Positions 1 to 8,420 of a stretch of 64,000 bases of DNA are shown in pieces (the stretch's first letter is position 1; the number at the start of each line of letters is the position of its first letter). Origin of the DNA: Lachnospiraceae bacterium UBA1760 (GTDB taxonomy: Bacteria > Bacillota > Clostridia > Lachnospirales > Lachnospiraceae). The stretch is from the NCBI GenBank assembly GCA_002314775.1, contig DCHE01000013.1, positions 5,500 to 69,499 on the forward strand, read 5' to 3'. Made by a program: the position numbers and the translations under genes. The notes beneath the pieces were generated by a model. It was not told where the DNA came from. It ran no database searches and saw nothing but the letters and a program-made list of their open reading frames with translations.

Positions 1-1
1 A

Positions 2-1207
2 AATGAGGATTATTTAAAGCTTCCAGGAAGCTATCTTTTCTCAACAATAGCTAAGAAGGTTAATGCTTATTCACAGGCTAACCCAGATAAAAAGATTATT
101 AGACTTGGTATTGGAGATGTTACTCAGCCACTCTGCCCTGCAGTTATCGACGCTCTTCACAAGGCAGTTGATGAGATGGCTGTTAAGGAGACATTTATGG
201 GTTATGCTCCAGACCTTGGTTATGAGTTTTTAAGAAGCACAATTGCTAAGAATGATTATACACAAAGAGGCTGCGAGATTTATGCAGATGAAGTATTTGT
301 ATCAGACGGTGCAAAGAGTGATTCTGGTAATATCCAGGAGATTTTTGCAAAGGATGTTAAGATTGCAGTTTGCGATCCAGTTTATCCAGTTTACGTTGAT
401 ACTAATGTTATGGCAGGAAGAACTGGTACATATGATGCAGCAACTGGACTTTGGAGCAATGTAATCTATATGCCATGTACAGCTGCAAATGGATTCTCGC
501 CAGAGCTTCCAAAGGAAGTGCCAGATTTAATCTATCTCTGCTTCCCTAACAATCCAACTGGTGCAACTATTACAAAGACAGAGCTTCAGAAGTGGGTTGA
601 TTATGCTAACCAGAACAAGGCAGTTATTATCTATGATGCTGCTTACGAGGCATATATCAGTGAGGACGATGTTCCACATTCTATCTATGAGTGCGAGGGC
701 GCAAGAAATTGTGCAATCGAAATCAGAAGCTTTTCAAAGAATGCAGGATTTACAGGAACAAGACTTGGATTTACTGTAATTCCTAAGGATATAAAGGATG
801 AAAACGGAGTTATGCTTCACTCACTCTGGGCAAGACGTCACGGAACAAAGTTCAACGGCGCACCATACATAATCCAGAGAGCAGGAGAGGCTGTTTACTC
901 TGAGGCTGGTAAAGCCCAGACTATGGAGCAGATTGCTTACTATATGAATAATGCCAAGTATATCTACGAGGGACTTAAGTCAGCAGGCTACACTGTTTCG
1001 GGCGGTGTAAATGCACCATATATCTGGCTTAAGACACCAGACAATATGACCTCATGGGAGTTCTTCGACAAGCTTCTTGAGACAGTAAATGTAGTTGGTA
1101 CTCCAGGCTCAGGCTTTGGACCAAGCGGAGAGGGCTATTTCAGACTTACTGCATTTGGTACTTATGAGAATACTGTTGAGGCTATTGACAGAATTAAGAA
1201 GATGTAA
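2..1207 (+). CDS. dapL: LL-diaminopimelate aminotransferase, 5' end cut by the window edge
   Basis: The frame of ORF 176..1207 stays open back to nt 2 ([23 protein letters not shown]...[12 protein letters not shown]). The layout is DapL-like: [25 protein letters not shown], and [14 protein letters not shown] carrying the PLP lysine. Confidence 0.85.
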   Translation, partial: NEDYLKLPGSYLFSTIAKKVNAYSQANPDKKIIRLGIGDVTQPLCPAVIDALHKAVDEMAVKETFMGYAPDLGYEFLRSTIAKNDYTQRGCEIYADEVFVSDGAKSDSGNIQEIFAKDVKIAVCDPVYPVYVDTNVMAGRTGTYDAATGLWSNVIYMPCTAANGFSPELPKEVPDLIYLCFPNNPTGATITKTELQKWVDYANQNKAVIIYDAAYEAYISEDDVPHSIYECEGARNCAIEIRSFSKNAGFTGTRLGFTVIPKDIKDENGVMLHSLWARRHGTKFNGAPYIIQRAGEAVYSEAGKAQTMEQIAYYMNNAKYIYEGLKSAGYTVSGGVNAPYIWLKTPDNMTSWEFFDKLLETVNVVGTPGSGFGPSGEGYFRLTAFGTYENTVEAIDRIKKM

Positions 1208-1263
1208 ATAAAAAATAACAATCAAATCGCGAAGCATTTTGCGAGTTTTAAGCTTGACCTTTA

Positions 1264-1302
1264 GGGCATATAACCATCTGGTTGTATGCCCGTTTCTTTT
1301 TT
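1264..1302 (+). terminator. Intrinsic terminator after dapL
   Basis: Hairpin gggcatataacca/tggttgtatgccc (13 bp, one G-U pair) followed by a T-rich run tttcttttttg. Confidence 0.8.
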
Positions 1303-1390
1303 GTTTTTTTACTTTATACTTTTATGCAGTTCAACGAAAAATGAACAAAAACATTAAATAAATTTTAAGGTATTGCCGAGTTGTATAAGG

Positions 1391-1419
1391 TTGAATATGT
1401 GGTCCATTCATGATAGAAT
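1391..1419 (+). promoter_or_regulatory. Candidate sigma-A promoter of the glycan operon
   Basis: TTGAAT, 17-nt spacer, TAGAAT, with a TGn extended -10 (tga tagaat). Lies about 90 nt upstream of rfbC. Confidence 0.5.
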
Positions 1420-1506
1420 ATATTATTAAAAATGATAATAGGTGTACTATGTTCATTTGTAAAAAAAATATTATTATTAAATTCATATATGAAAGGAAAG
1501 AATGTA

Positions 1507-2094
1507 ATGGAAACAAAATTTGGTAAGATTACAGTGGAGACATGCGAGAAGAATGGAGTAGAAATCGAGGGACTCAGAGTTATCACACCTTCTGTATTTG
1601 GAGATGAGAGAGGCTACTTCATGGAGACATATAACTTCAACGATTTCAAGGCAGCAGGAATTGACTGTGAGTTTGTTCAGGACAATCAGTCAAGCTCAAA
1701 GAAGGGAGTTCTTAGAGGCCTTCATTTTCAGATTAACTATCCACAGGATAAGTTAGTAAGAGTTGTAAGTGGTGAGGTTTTTGATGTTGCTGTTGACTTA
1801 AGAGAGGGCTCTAAGACCTATGGACAGTGGTATGGTGTACTTCTTTCAGCAGAGAACAAGAAGCAGTTCTTCATCCCTAAGAACTTTGCACATGGCTTCA
1901 TCGTATTATCAGAGAGCGCAGAGTTCTGCTACAAGTGTACAGATTTCTACCATCCAAATGATGAGGGCGGACTTCTTTGGAAGGATCCAGCAATCGGTGT
2001 AGAATGGCCACTTCCAGAGGGAATGAAGTTCGAGGATCTTACTATTTCAGACAAGGATCAGAAGTGGGGCGGAATAGATACACTTAAGAAGTAG
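1507..2094 (+). CDS. rfbC: dTDP-4-dehydrorhamnose 3,5-epimerase
   Basis: Cupin-type RfbC signature: VFGDERGYFMETYN, QDNQSSSKKGVLRGLHFQ, KLVRVVSGEVFDVAVDLR, FIPKNFAHGF. I chose the internal ATG at 1507 (METKFGK) over the ORF-track start at 1432, because the 25 extra residues are AT-rich spacer translation. Confidence 0.9.
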   Translation: METKFGKITVETCEKNGVEIEGLRVITPSVFGDERGYFMETYNFNDFKAAGIDCEFVQDNQSSSKKGVLRGLHFQINYPQDKLVRVVSGEVFDVAVDLREGSKTYGQWYGVLLSAENKKQFFIPKNFAHGFIVLSESAEFCYKCTDFYHPNDEGGLLWKDPAIGVEWPLPEGMKFEDLTISDKDQKWGGIDTLKK

Positions 2095-2108
2095 GAGAGA
2101 TTATTCCA

Positions 2109-3503
2109 ATGAATACTCATATGAATAAAAAGAAATTAGTTGTTATTTTATTTCTTATAGTAGCAGCGGCATTTCTGAATGTTTTTATCTTTATGAAGAT
2201 GTTCAAGGTAAATCCGGACGAAGAAAAGCTGTATATAAGAATGACAGTGGCATCGGATGCTCTGGATGCATATCAGTCAAACTATGCGGTTCAGGGAATC
2301 TACACTGCGGAGGGAATGTCCGAGTGCCAGATGAATGAGGTGGGAAAGAAGCTCACTATGGACTTTGAGACTGCCTATACAGACACATATTCGTTCTACT
2401 TAGGACACTGGCCTGCTCATATTAAGATATATGATATCAGTTTATTCTCGGCTGGAGTGAAGGTTAATATTCCTTTTGATGTAGTTATGGCAGGGACCAT
2501 GAATGAAGCGGTTTTAAATGCAGAGGTAAGAGATGGAGCACTTAACCTTGATGTAAATGAATTCTATCCTACAATCGAGTTTAATTACGATTCAAGTGTT
2601 GCGAAGACGGCAGTTAGTGATGCTTTAAACAGCAGACATATCAGATACTCAGTTTTACTCTGTATTCTTATTGATCTTGTTGTACTGTATATCATAAGGA
2701 ATCTGAAGGTTATAAAGGAGCTTTACAGAAATCTCAGATATGACAGAAAGCTTATTCTTAGCCTTGCAAAGAATGATTTCAAGACAAAGTTTGCCGGTTC
2801 ATATTTCGGTATTGTGTGGGCTATTGTTCAGCCACTCATAACCATCGTTGTGTACTGGTTTGTGTTCCAGGTTGGACTTAGAACACAGAATATGAACAAC
2901 TTCCCATTTGTACTCTGGCTTATGTGTGGTCTTGTTCCATGGTTTTATTTTTCGGATGCACTCGGTTCAGGAACCAATGCACTTACCGATTACAGCTACC
3001 TGGTTAAGAAGGTAGTATTCAAGATAGAGGTTCTTCCGATTGTGAAGATTTTATCGGCACTTATTGTCAATACCTTCTTTATTGTGTTTATTATCTTCGT
3101 TCTTGCGTGCTATGGTTATACACCTGATATTTATACAATTCAGATTGTTTATTATGTAGTTTGTAATATTGCACTTGTTATGTCACTGACATATATTACC
3201 AGTGCTGTCATCATTTTCTTTAAGGATTTGGGACAGATTATCGGTATTATCCTTCAGATTGGTATATGGATTACACCAATTCTCTGGGATGCAAGTATTA
3301 TCTCACAGAAGCTCGATACCATATTAAAGATTAATCCGGTTTACTACATTGTAAATGGATTTAGAGATGCTCTTCTTACAAAGCACTGGGTTCATGAGAA
3401 CCTTGCGTGGACCTTTGTATTCTGGAGCATGGTTGTGCTTCTTTATATTTCAGGAAAGAAACTATTTACCAGGTTGCAGGTTCATTTTGCTGATGTACTT
3501 TAA
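2109..3503 (+). CDS. ABC-2 type polysaccharide export permease (Wzm/TagG/RgpC-like) with a ~200-aa N-terminal extension
   Basis: The C-terminal ~260 aa looks like a full Wzm: YRNLRYDRKLILSLAKNDFKTKFAGSYFGIVWAIVQP followed by six hydrophobic segments. Residues 1-~205 add a TM helix, a ~145-aa soluble segment and a second TM helix, all in one uninterrupted frame. Confidence 0.85.
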   Translation: MNTHMNKKKLVVILFLIVAAAFLNVFIFMKMFKVNPDEEKLYIRMTVASDALDAYQSNYAVQGIYTAEGMSECQMNEVGKKLTMDFETAYTDTYSFYLGHWPAHIKIYDISLFSAGVKVNIPFDVVMAGTMNEAVLNAEVRDGALNLDVNEFYPTIEFNYDSSVAKTAVSDALNSRHIRYSVLLCILIDLVVLYIIRNLKVIKELYRNLRYDRKLILSLAKNDFKTKFAGSYFGIVWAIVQPLITIVVYWFVFQVGLRTQNMNNFPFVLWLMCGLVPWFYFSDALGSGTNALTDYSYLVKKVVFKIEVLPIVKILSALIVNTFFIVFIIFVLACYGYTPDIYTIQIVYYVVCNIALVMSLTYITSAVIIFFKDLGQIIGIILQIGIWITPILWDASIISQKLDTILKINPVYYIVNGFRDALLTKHWVHENLAWTFVFWSMVVLLYISGKKLFTRLQVHFADVL

Positions 3504-3539
3504 TCAATGCAATTAATAATTAAAAATAGGAGGACAGAT

Positions 3540-4373
3540 ATGAAGGTTCTTGTTACAGGTGCTGCGGGATATATTGGCAGACATGTAGTTGATAAGCTTA
3601 TTGAAAGAGGCGTAGAGGTAATTGCCGCAGATATACGTTATGACGGAGTAAATGAAAAGGCAAAGAGAGCAGACATTAATATATTTGAGGATGATAAGGA
3701 CATCTTTAAGAAGGCTGGAGAGCCAGATGTTCTTGTTCATATGGCATGGAGAAATGGCTTCGTTCACAATGATATGAGCCATCTTGTTGACTTCCCTAAG
3801 CATTTTACATTCATTAAGAATATGGTTGAGGGTGGTCTTAAGCAGGTTGTAGTTATGGGTACAATGCATGAGGTTGGATATTACGAGGGCGCAATTGATG
3901 CAGATACTCCTTGTAATCCAAGGTCATATTACGGTGTGTCAAAGAATGCACTTAGACAGCTTACACTTATGCTTTGCCAGGATAAGGGAGTTACCTGCCA
4001 GTGGCTTAGAGCATATTATATCTTAGGAGATGATTTAAAGAGCAATTCTATCTTCTCTAAGATTACTCAGGCTGCAAATGATGGAAAGAAGGAGTTCCCA
4101 TTTACAACAGGAGAGTGCAAATATGACTTTATCTCAGTTGATGATCTTGCTTACCAGATTGCCGCAACAGCTACTCAGACTGAGGTTAGCGGAATAATTA
4201 ACTGTTGTTCTGGAAAGCCTGTTGCTCTTGGAGAGAGAGTTGAGCAGTTTATAAAGGATAACAACTTTGATATCAAGCTTCAGTATGGAGTTTTCCCAAG
4301 CAGAGCATATGATTCACCTGCAGTATGGGGCGACAGTAGTAAGATTGAAGAGATAATTAAGATAAATCCTTAA
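3540..4373 (+). CDS. NAD(P)-dependent extended-SDR epimerase/reductase (sugar-nucleotide modifying)
   Basis: GAAGYIGRH Rossmann motif at the N-terminus and a YxxxK catalytic pair (YYGVSKNA). Start chosen at the ATG preceded by aggagg. Confidence 0.8.
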   Translation: MKVLVTGAAGYIGRHVVDKLIERGVEVIAADIRYDGVNEKAKRADINIFEDDKDIFKKAGEPDVLVHMAWRNGFVHNDMSHLVDFPKHFTFIKNMVEGGLKQVVVMGTMHEVGYYEGAIDADTPCNPRSYYGVSKNALRQLTLMLCQDKGVTCQWLRAYYILGDDLKSNSIFSKITQAANDGKKEFPFTTGECKYDFISVDDLAYQIAATATQTEVSGIINCCSGKPVALGERVEQFIKDNNFDIKLQYGVFPSRAYDSPAVWGDSSKIEEIIKINP

Positions 4374-4399
4374 TTTATTATTATGTTGGAGAATAAAAC

Positions 4400-5677
4400 A
4401 TGAGCGATATAGCTATAAGTGTAAATGATATAGTAAAGCTTTATAAATTATATGATAAGCCTAGCGACAGATTCAAGGAGGCGCTAGGTCTTACCAAACA
4501 AAAGAAATACAGGGAGCATTATGCTCTTAAGCATGTAAGCTTCCAGGTAAATAAGGGCGAGTGTGTCGGAATTATCGGAACAAACGGTGCCGGTAAATCT
4601 ACAATACTTAAGATTATCACAGGAGTACTTAACCCAACAGAGGGTAATATCCAGGTAAATGGAAAGATTTCCGCATTGCTTGAGCTTGGAGCAGGCTTCA
4701 ACCAGGAATATACTGGAATTGAGAATATCTATCTCAATGGTACAATGATGGGCTATTCCAATGAGGAGATTGAGAAGAGAATTCCAACAATTCTTGATTT
4801 TGCAGACATCGGTGACTTCGTTCACCAGCCGGTAAAGACTTATTCAAGTGGTATGTTCATAAGACTTGCATTTGCGGTTGCAATTAACATTGACCCTGAG
4901 ATTCTCATTGTTGATGAGGCTCTTTCGGTAGGTGATGTTTTCTTCCAGGCAAAGTGTTACCACAAGTTCGAGGAGTTCAAAAATGCCGGCAAGACAATTC
5001 TTTTTGTAAGTCATGATCTTGGTAGTATTCAGAAGTACTGTGACAGGGCAGTTCTTTTAAATAAGGGTGAGAAGTTTGCAGAAGGAACTCCTAAGGATAT
5101 AATCGATGTATATAAGCAGCTTCTTGTAAGCCACGCAGAAAACAGAGATATAAATGATGAGCAGCCAAAGGCTGAGGAGGAATCAATTGCTGAGGATTCA
5201 GTGGTTTGGAAGAACACTCTTATGCTCAATCCGAATGTACTTGATTACGGTGAGAAGGACGCAGAGATTATTGATTTTGCCATAATCGATGCAGAAAACA
5301 GAATCACCAATAATATTCAGAAGAATACTATGTTCAAGATTAGAATGAAGGCCAAGTTCCACAAGGATATAAACGAGCCGATTTTTGCATTTACGATTAA
5401 GGATTTGCAGGGTACAGACGTTACCGGAACTAATACCATGTACGAAAAGATTAATTTTGGAACAGTAGGTGCCGGTGAAATTAAGGTTGTTGAGTTTGAG
5501 CAGAATATGAATCTTCAGGGTAAGAATTATCTTTTATCCTTCGGATTAGTAGGATATCGTGACAGTGATTTCACTGTTTACCACAGATTATATGATGCCT
5601 GCAATATTAACGTAATATCAGATAAAAATACTGTTGGATTCTATGATATGAATTCAGAGATTAAGGTGCTTCAGTAA
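4400..5677 (+). CDS. Polysaccharide/teichoic-acid export ABC ATPase (Wzt/TagH/RgpD-like) with a C-terminal ~170-aa extension
   Basis: Walker A GTNGAGKST, signature YSSGM, Walker B ILIVDEALSVGD, H-loop VSHD. The ~170 residues after the NBD (DYGEKDAEIIDFAIID...FGLVGY...) resemble the Wzt C-terminal beta-sandwich domain. Confidence 0.9.
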   Translation: MSDIAISVNDIVKLYKLYDKPSDRFKEALGLTKQKKYREHYALKHVSFQVNKGECVGIIGTNGAGKSTILKIITGVLNPTEGNIQVNGKISALLELGAGFNQEYTGIENIYLNGTMMGYSNEEIEKRIPTILDFADIGDFVHQPVKTYSSGMFIRLAFAVAINIDPEILIVDEALSVGDVFFQAKCYHKFEEFKNAGKTILFVSHDLGSIQKYCDRAVLLNKGEKFAEGTPKDIIDVYKQLLVSHAENRDINDEQPKAEEESIAEDSVVWKNTLMLNPNVLDYGEKDAEIIDFAIIDAENRITNNIQKNTMFKIRMKAKFHKDINEPIFAFTIKDLQGTDVTGTNTMYEKINFGTVGAGEIKVVEFEQNMNLQGKNYLLSFGLVGYRDSDFTVYHRLYDACNINVISDKNTVGFYDMNSEIKVLQ

Positions 5678-5700
5678 GGAGGCATCCTGGAGGAAAGACA

Positions 5701-6663
5701 ATGAATGGTGAAAACAAGGAAAGCCGGGGAAACATAGATAATATGGATAATATAGATAATATAGATAGTATGGTAAAGATAAATTATGAATACTACAGTG
5801 GTTCAGACCTTTACTTAGACGGTTCAGAGGATACCCTGCTTGACATTGTTACAAATTATACTAAAGAAGAGTATAGTAGTGTTATAGAGGAGAAGAAGGA
5901 CTGGGCAATTCTCTATCATCTCTCTGAGGTGAGAGGGAATATTGTGAGTTTTCTCCCGATAACAAAGGAGGATGACGTGCTTGAGATTGGAGCCGGATGC
6001 GGCGCAATCACAGGCACACTTGCTGATATGGCAAGGAGTGTTGACTGCATTGAGCTCTCTAAAAAGAGAAGTCTTGTCAATGCAGTTAGAAACAAAGAAT
6101 ATGACAATATCACTATAAATGTAGGCAATTTTCAGGATATAGAGCCTAACATTGAAAAAAAGTATGATTATATCACACTTATCGGCGTACTTGAGTATGC
6201 TGCAAGCTACATAGCTGCAAAGGAGCCATATGTAGAATTTTTAAAGATAATTAAGAAGCATTTAAAGGAAGACGGAAAGCTGATTATCGCTATAGAGAAT
6301 AAATATGGTCTCAAATACTTCGCAGGTTGCAGAGAGGATCATCTTGCAACCTTCTTTTCGGGTATAGAGGGTTATATGAATTGTGATTCGGTAAGAACCT
6401 TCTCTAAAAATGGCCTTGAAAAGCTATCGAAGGACGCTGGCTATAAGGACATTGAATTCTATTATCCGTACCCTGATTATAAGCTGCCACTTGCGATTTA
6501 CTCGGATGATTTTCTTCCGGAGGCGGGAGAGCTTAATGTAAATCTCAGAAATTTCGACAGTGACAGAATGCTCCTTTTTGATGAGAGCAATGCGTTTGAC
6601 AATATTATTTCAGATGGAATGTTTGACTTTTTCTCCAATTCATTCCTTGTTTTGATTGGGTAA
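5701..6663 (+). CDS. Class I SAM-dependent methyltransferase
   Basis: Motif I VLEIGAGCGAITGTLA with downstream acidic residues (IELS, and ITLIGVLEY as motif IV-like). Good RBS ggagg. Confidence 0.8.
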   Translation: MNGENKESRGNIDNMDNIDNIDSMVKINYEYYSGSDLYLDGSEDTLLDIVTNYTKEEYSSVIEEKKDWAILYHLSEVRGNIVSFLPITKEDDVLEIGAGCGAITGTLADMARSVDCIELSKKRSLVNAVRNKEYDNITINVGNFQDIEPNIEKKYDYITLIGVLEYAASYIAAKEPYVEFLKIIKKHLKEDGKLIIAIENKYGLKYFAGCREDHLATFFSGIEGYMNCDSVRTFSKNGLEKLSKDAGYKDIEFYYPYPDYKLPLAIYSDDFLPEAGELNVNLRNFDSDRMLLFDESNAFDNIISDGMFDFFSNSFLVLIG

Positions 6664-6675
6664 GAGGTAGTAGCT

Positions 6676-8400
6676 ATGGAAAAAGTAATCTTTGCAAAGT
6701 ATGTAAATGACAGAGGCGAAAAGTACAGACTTAGAACAGAAATTGTAAAGCATGAAGACGGTTCTAGAAGTGTAAGAAAGCTTCCATGCGGAAAATACGG
6801 CATGGACCGATTAAGATATATAGAGAAAACCTGCAGAGTACTCACAGAGGAGTTTTCTGGAAGCTTTTTAAAGATTAATAAGGTTGAGCTTTCTTACGAC
6901 AGACTAAATATTGATTATGTTGAAGGCAATTCCCTTGCATATGAGGTTGAAAAATGTGAGGAGCAAAATGATGTTAAGGCTTATGTGAACCTTGTCACAG
7001 GCTTTGCAGATGAGCTTAGGAGAATTGCAAGGGAGGATTTTACTGTTACTGATTCCTTCACTGAGGTATTTGGCGAGGTGCCAGCGGGCATTTCTGACAA
7101 AAGCTTTAAGGTGAGTGACATTGATCTTATCTTCAGCAATGTAATTGTAAAAGATGGAAAATATACAATAATAGATTACGAGTGGACATATCATTTTTCA
7201 GTGCCACTTGGATATATTATGTACAGAATATATAAGTACTCTAAGAAGCCTAAGGAGGTATTCCTGGCTGATGAAGAATATAAGAGAATACTTGGAATAG
7301 ATGATACACTTATACCGGTGTATGAGAGGATGGAGGAGTCTTTTCAGGCGAGCACAGTCAAGGGACACGCTCCTTTGTGGAGACTTTATGACACGATAGG
7401 AAAAGGTCTCTATAATCCTCAGGAGGAGATGCTTAAGTCGGCGGAGGAGCTTGAACTTAGGCGTATCCAGATAAAGAAGGGCTACGGCACAGAGAGGGAA
7501 GAGGAGAACGACTATATCTTCCCAATGCCAGATATAAATGGAGATATTACAATAGATATAAAGGTTGACTCTGAGATTAAATTCCTCCAGATAGCCCCGG
7601 CTTCTAGAAGGTGTAGTGTATACCTTAAGGAGTTTACCGGTTTTAACGGAGAGAGATATCAGGTAGACTGGGATTCAAATGGAGTTAGTGCTGACAAAGA
7701 GCTGATAACCTTTGACACCACTAGTCCTCAGCTTTGGACCTATGATTTTAGAGAGGGAATAACCTCATTAAGAGTTGTTCTGAATATAGATTATCTTGGA
7801 AATACTAATACTGCTAAGTATGCAGAGCTTCAGAATATCGCTAAAATGAGCGAGAATAAGGACACGGAGATAAGTAGTCTTAAGGAGATGATGGACTCGT
7901 TATCTTTAGTTCTTTCTGAGACAAAGGATAAGCTTGCAAGTCTGGAAGAGGAAAGGGATGGTCTGGCTGAGCAGGCAAAGAATCTCTCAGAAATTTGTGA
8001 GGGACGACAAAATGAGATAAATCTGCTCAAGGCGTGCGTTTCCGATAAGGATAAAATGCTTGAAGATAAGGATAAAAAGCTTGAGGAAAAGATGCAATGG
8101 ATATATCAGAGGGATGATGTAATAAGAGCGAAGATGAACGAGATTTCTCTTCATAAAAAGGAGAAAAAACGCACTGACAAGATAAGCGAAGAAAATGCCA
8201 GAACGATAAATGAACTTGGAGAGAAAATTGATGGTATGAGCATAGAGCTTGACAGCTTGAAGGGAGAAATTGAGAGCTTATGTCAGAAGCTTGGAGAGAC
8301 TGAACAGAAATACCAGGAACTTGCCAAGGAGCATGGCAGGGTTGTAAACTCAACCTGCTGGAAGATAACCAAACCACTTAGAAAGATTAAGAGACACTAA
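6676..8400 (+). CDS. Kinase-fold-like N-terminal domain + long C-terminal coiled coil + basic tail (WbdD-like terminator/ruler candidate)
   Basis: Residues 150-169 read DLIFSN(x10)IDYE, matching the D-x4-N catalytic loop plus metal-binding IDxE of APH/choline-kinase-type folds. Residues ~385-560 are heptad-like and charged (SLKEMMDSLSLVLSETKDKLASLEEERDGLAEQAKNL...IDGMSIELDSLKGEIESLCQKLGETEQKYQELAKE). The protein ends in WKITKPLRKIKRH. The function is inferred. Confidence 0.55.
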   Translation: MEKVIFAKYVNDRGEKYRLRTEIVKHEDGSRSVRKLPCGKYGMDRLRYIEKTCRVLTEEFSGSFLKINKVELSYDRLNIDYVEGNSLAYEVEKCEEQNDVKAYVNLVTGFADELRRIAREDFTVTDSFTEVFGEVPAGISDKSFKVSDIDLIFSNVIVKDGKYTIIDYEWTYHFSVPLGYIMYRIYKYSKKPKEVFLADEEYKRILGIDDTLIPVYERMEESFQASTVKGHAPLWRLYDTIGKGLYNPQEEMLKSAEELELRRIQIKKGYGTEREEENDYIFPMPDINGDITIDIKVDSEIKFLQIAPASRRCSVYLKEFTGFNGERYQVDWDSNGVSADKELITFDTTSPQLWTYDFREGITSLRVVLNIDYLGNTNTAKYAELQNIAKMSENKDTEISSLKEMMDSLSLVLSETKDKLASLEEERDGLAEQAKNLSEICEGRQNEINLLKACVSDKDKMLEDKDKKLEEKMQWIYQRDDVIRAKMNEISLHKKEKKRTDKISEENARTINELGEKIDGMSIELDSLKGEIESLCQKLGETEQKYQELAKEHGRVVNSTCWKITKPLRKIKRH

Positions 8401-8420
8401 GCAAAATTTAGGAGGACCAG

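Noticed and set aside
1331-1586. Minus-strand 61- and 73-aa ORFs in the dapL-rfbC spacer
   Set aside because: They give AT-rich, F/I/L-rich translations spanning a promoter region and the start of rfbC. There are no translation signals.
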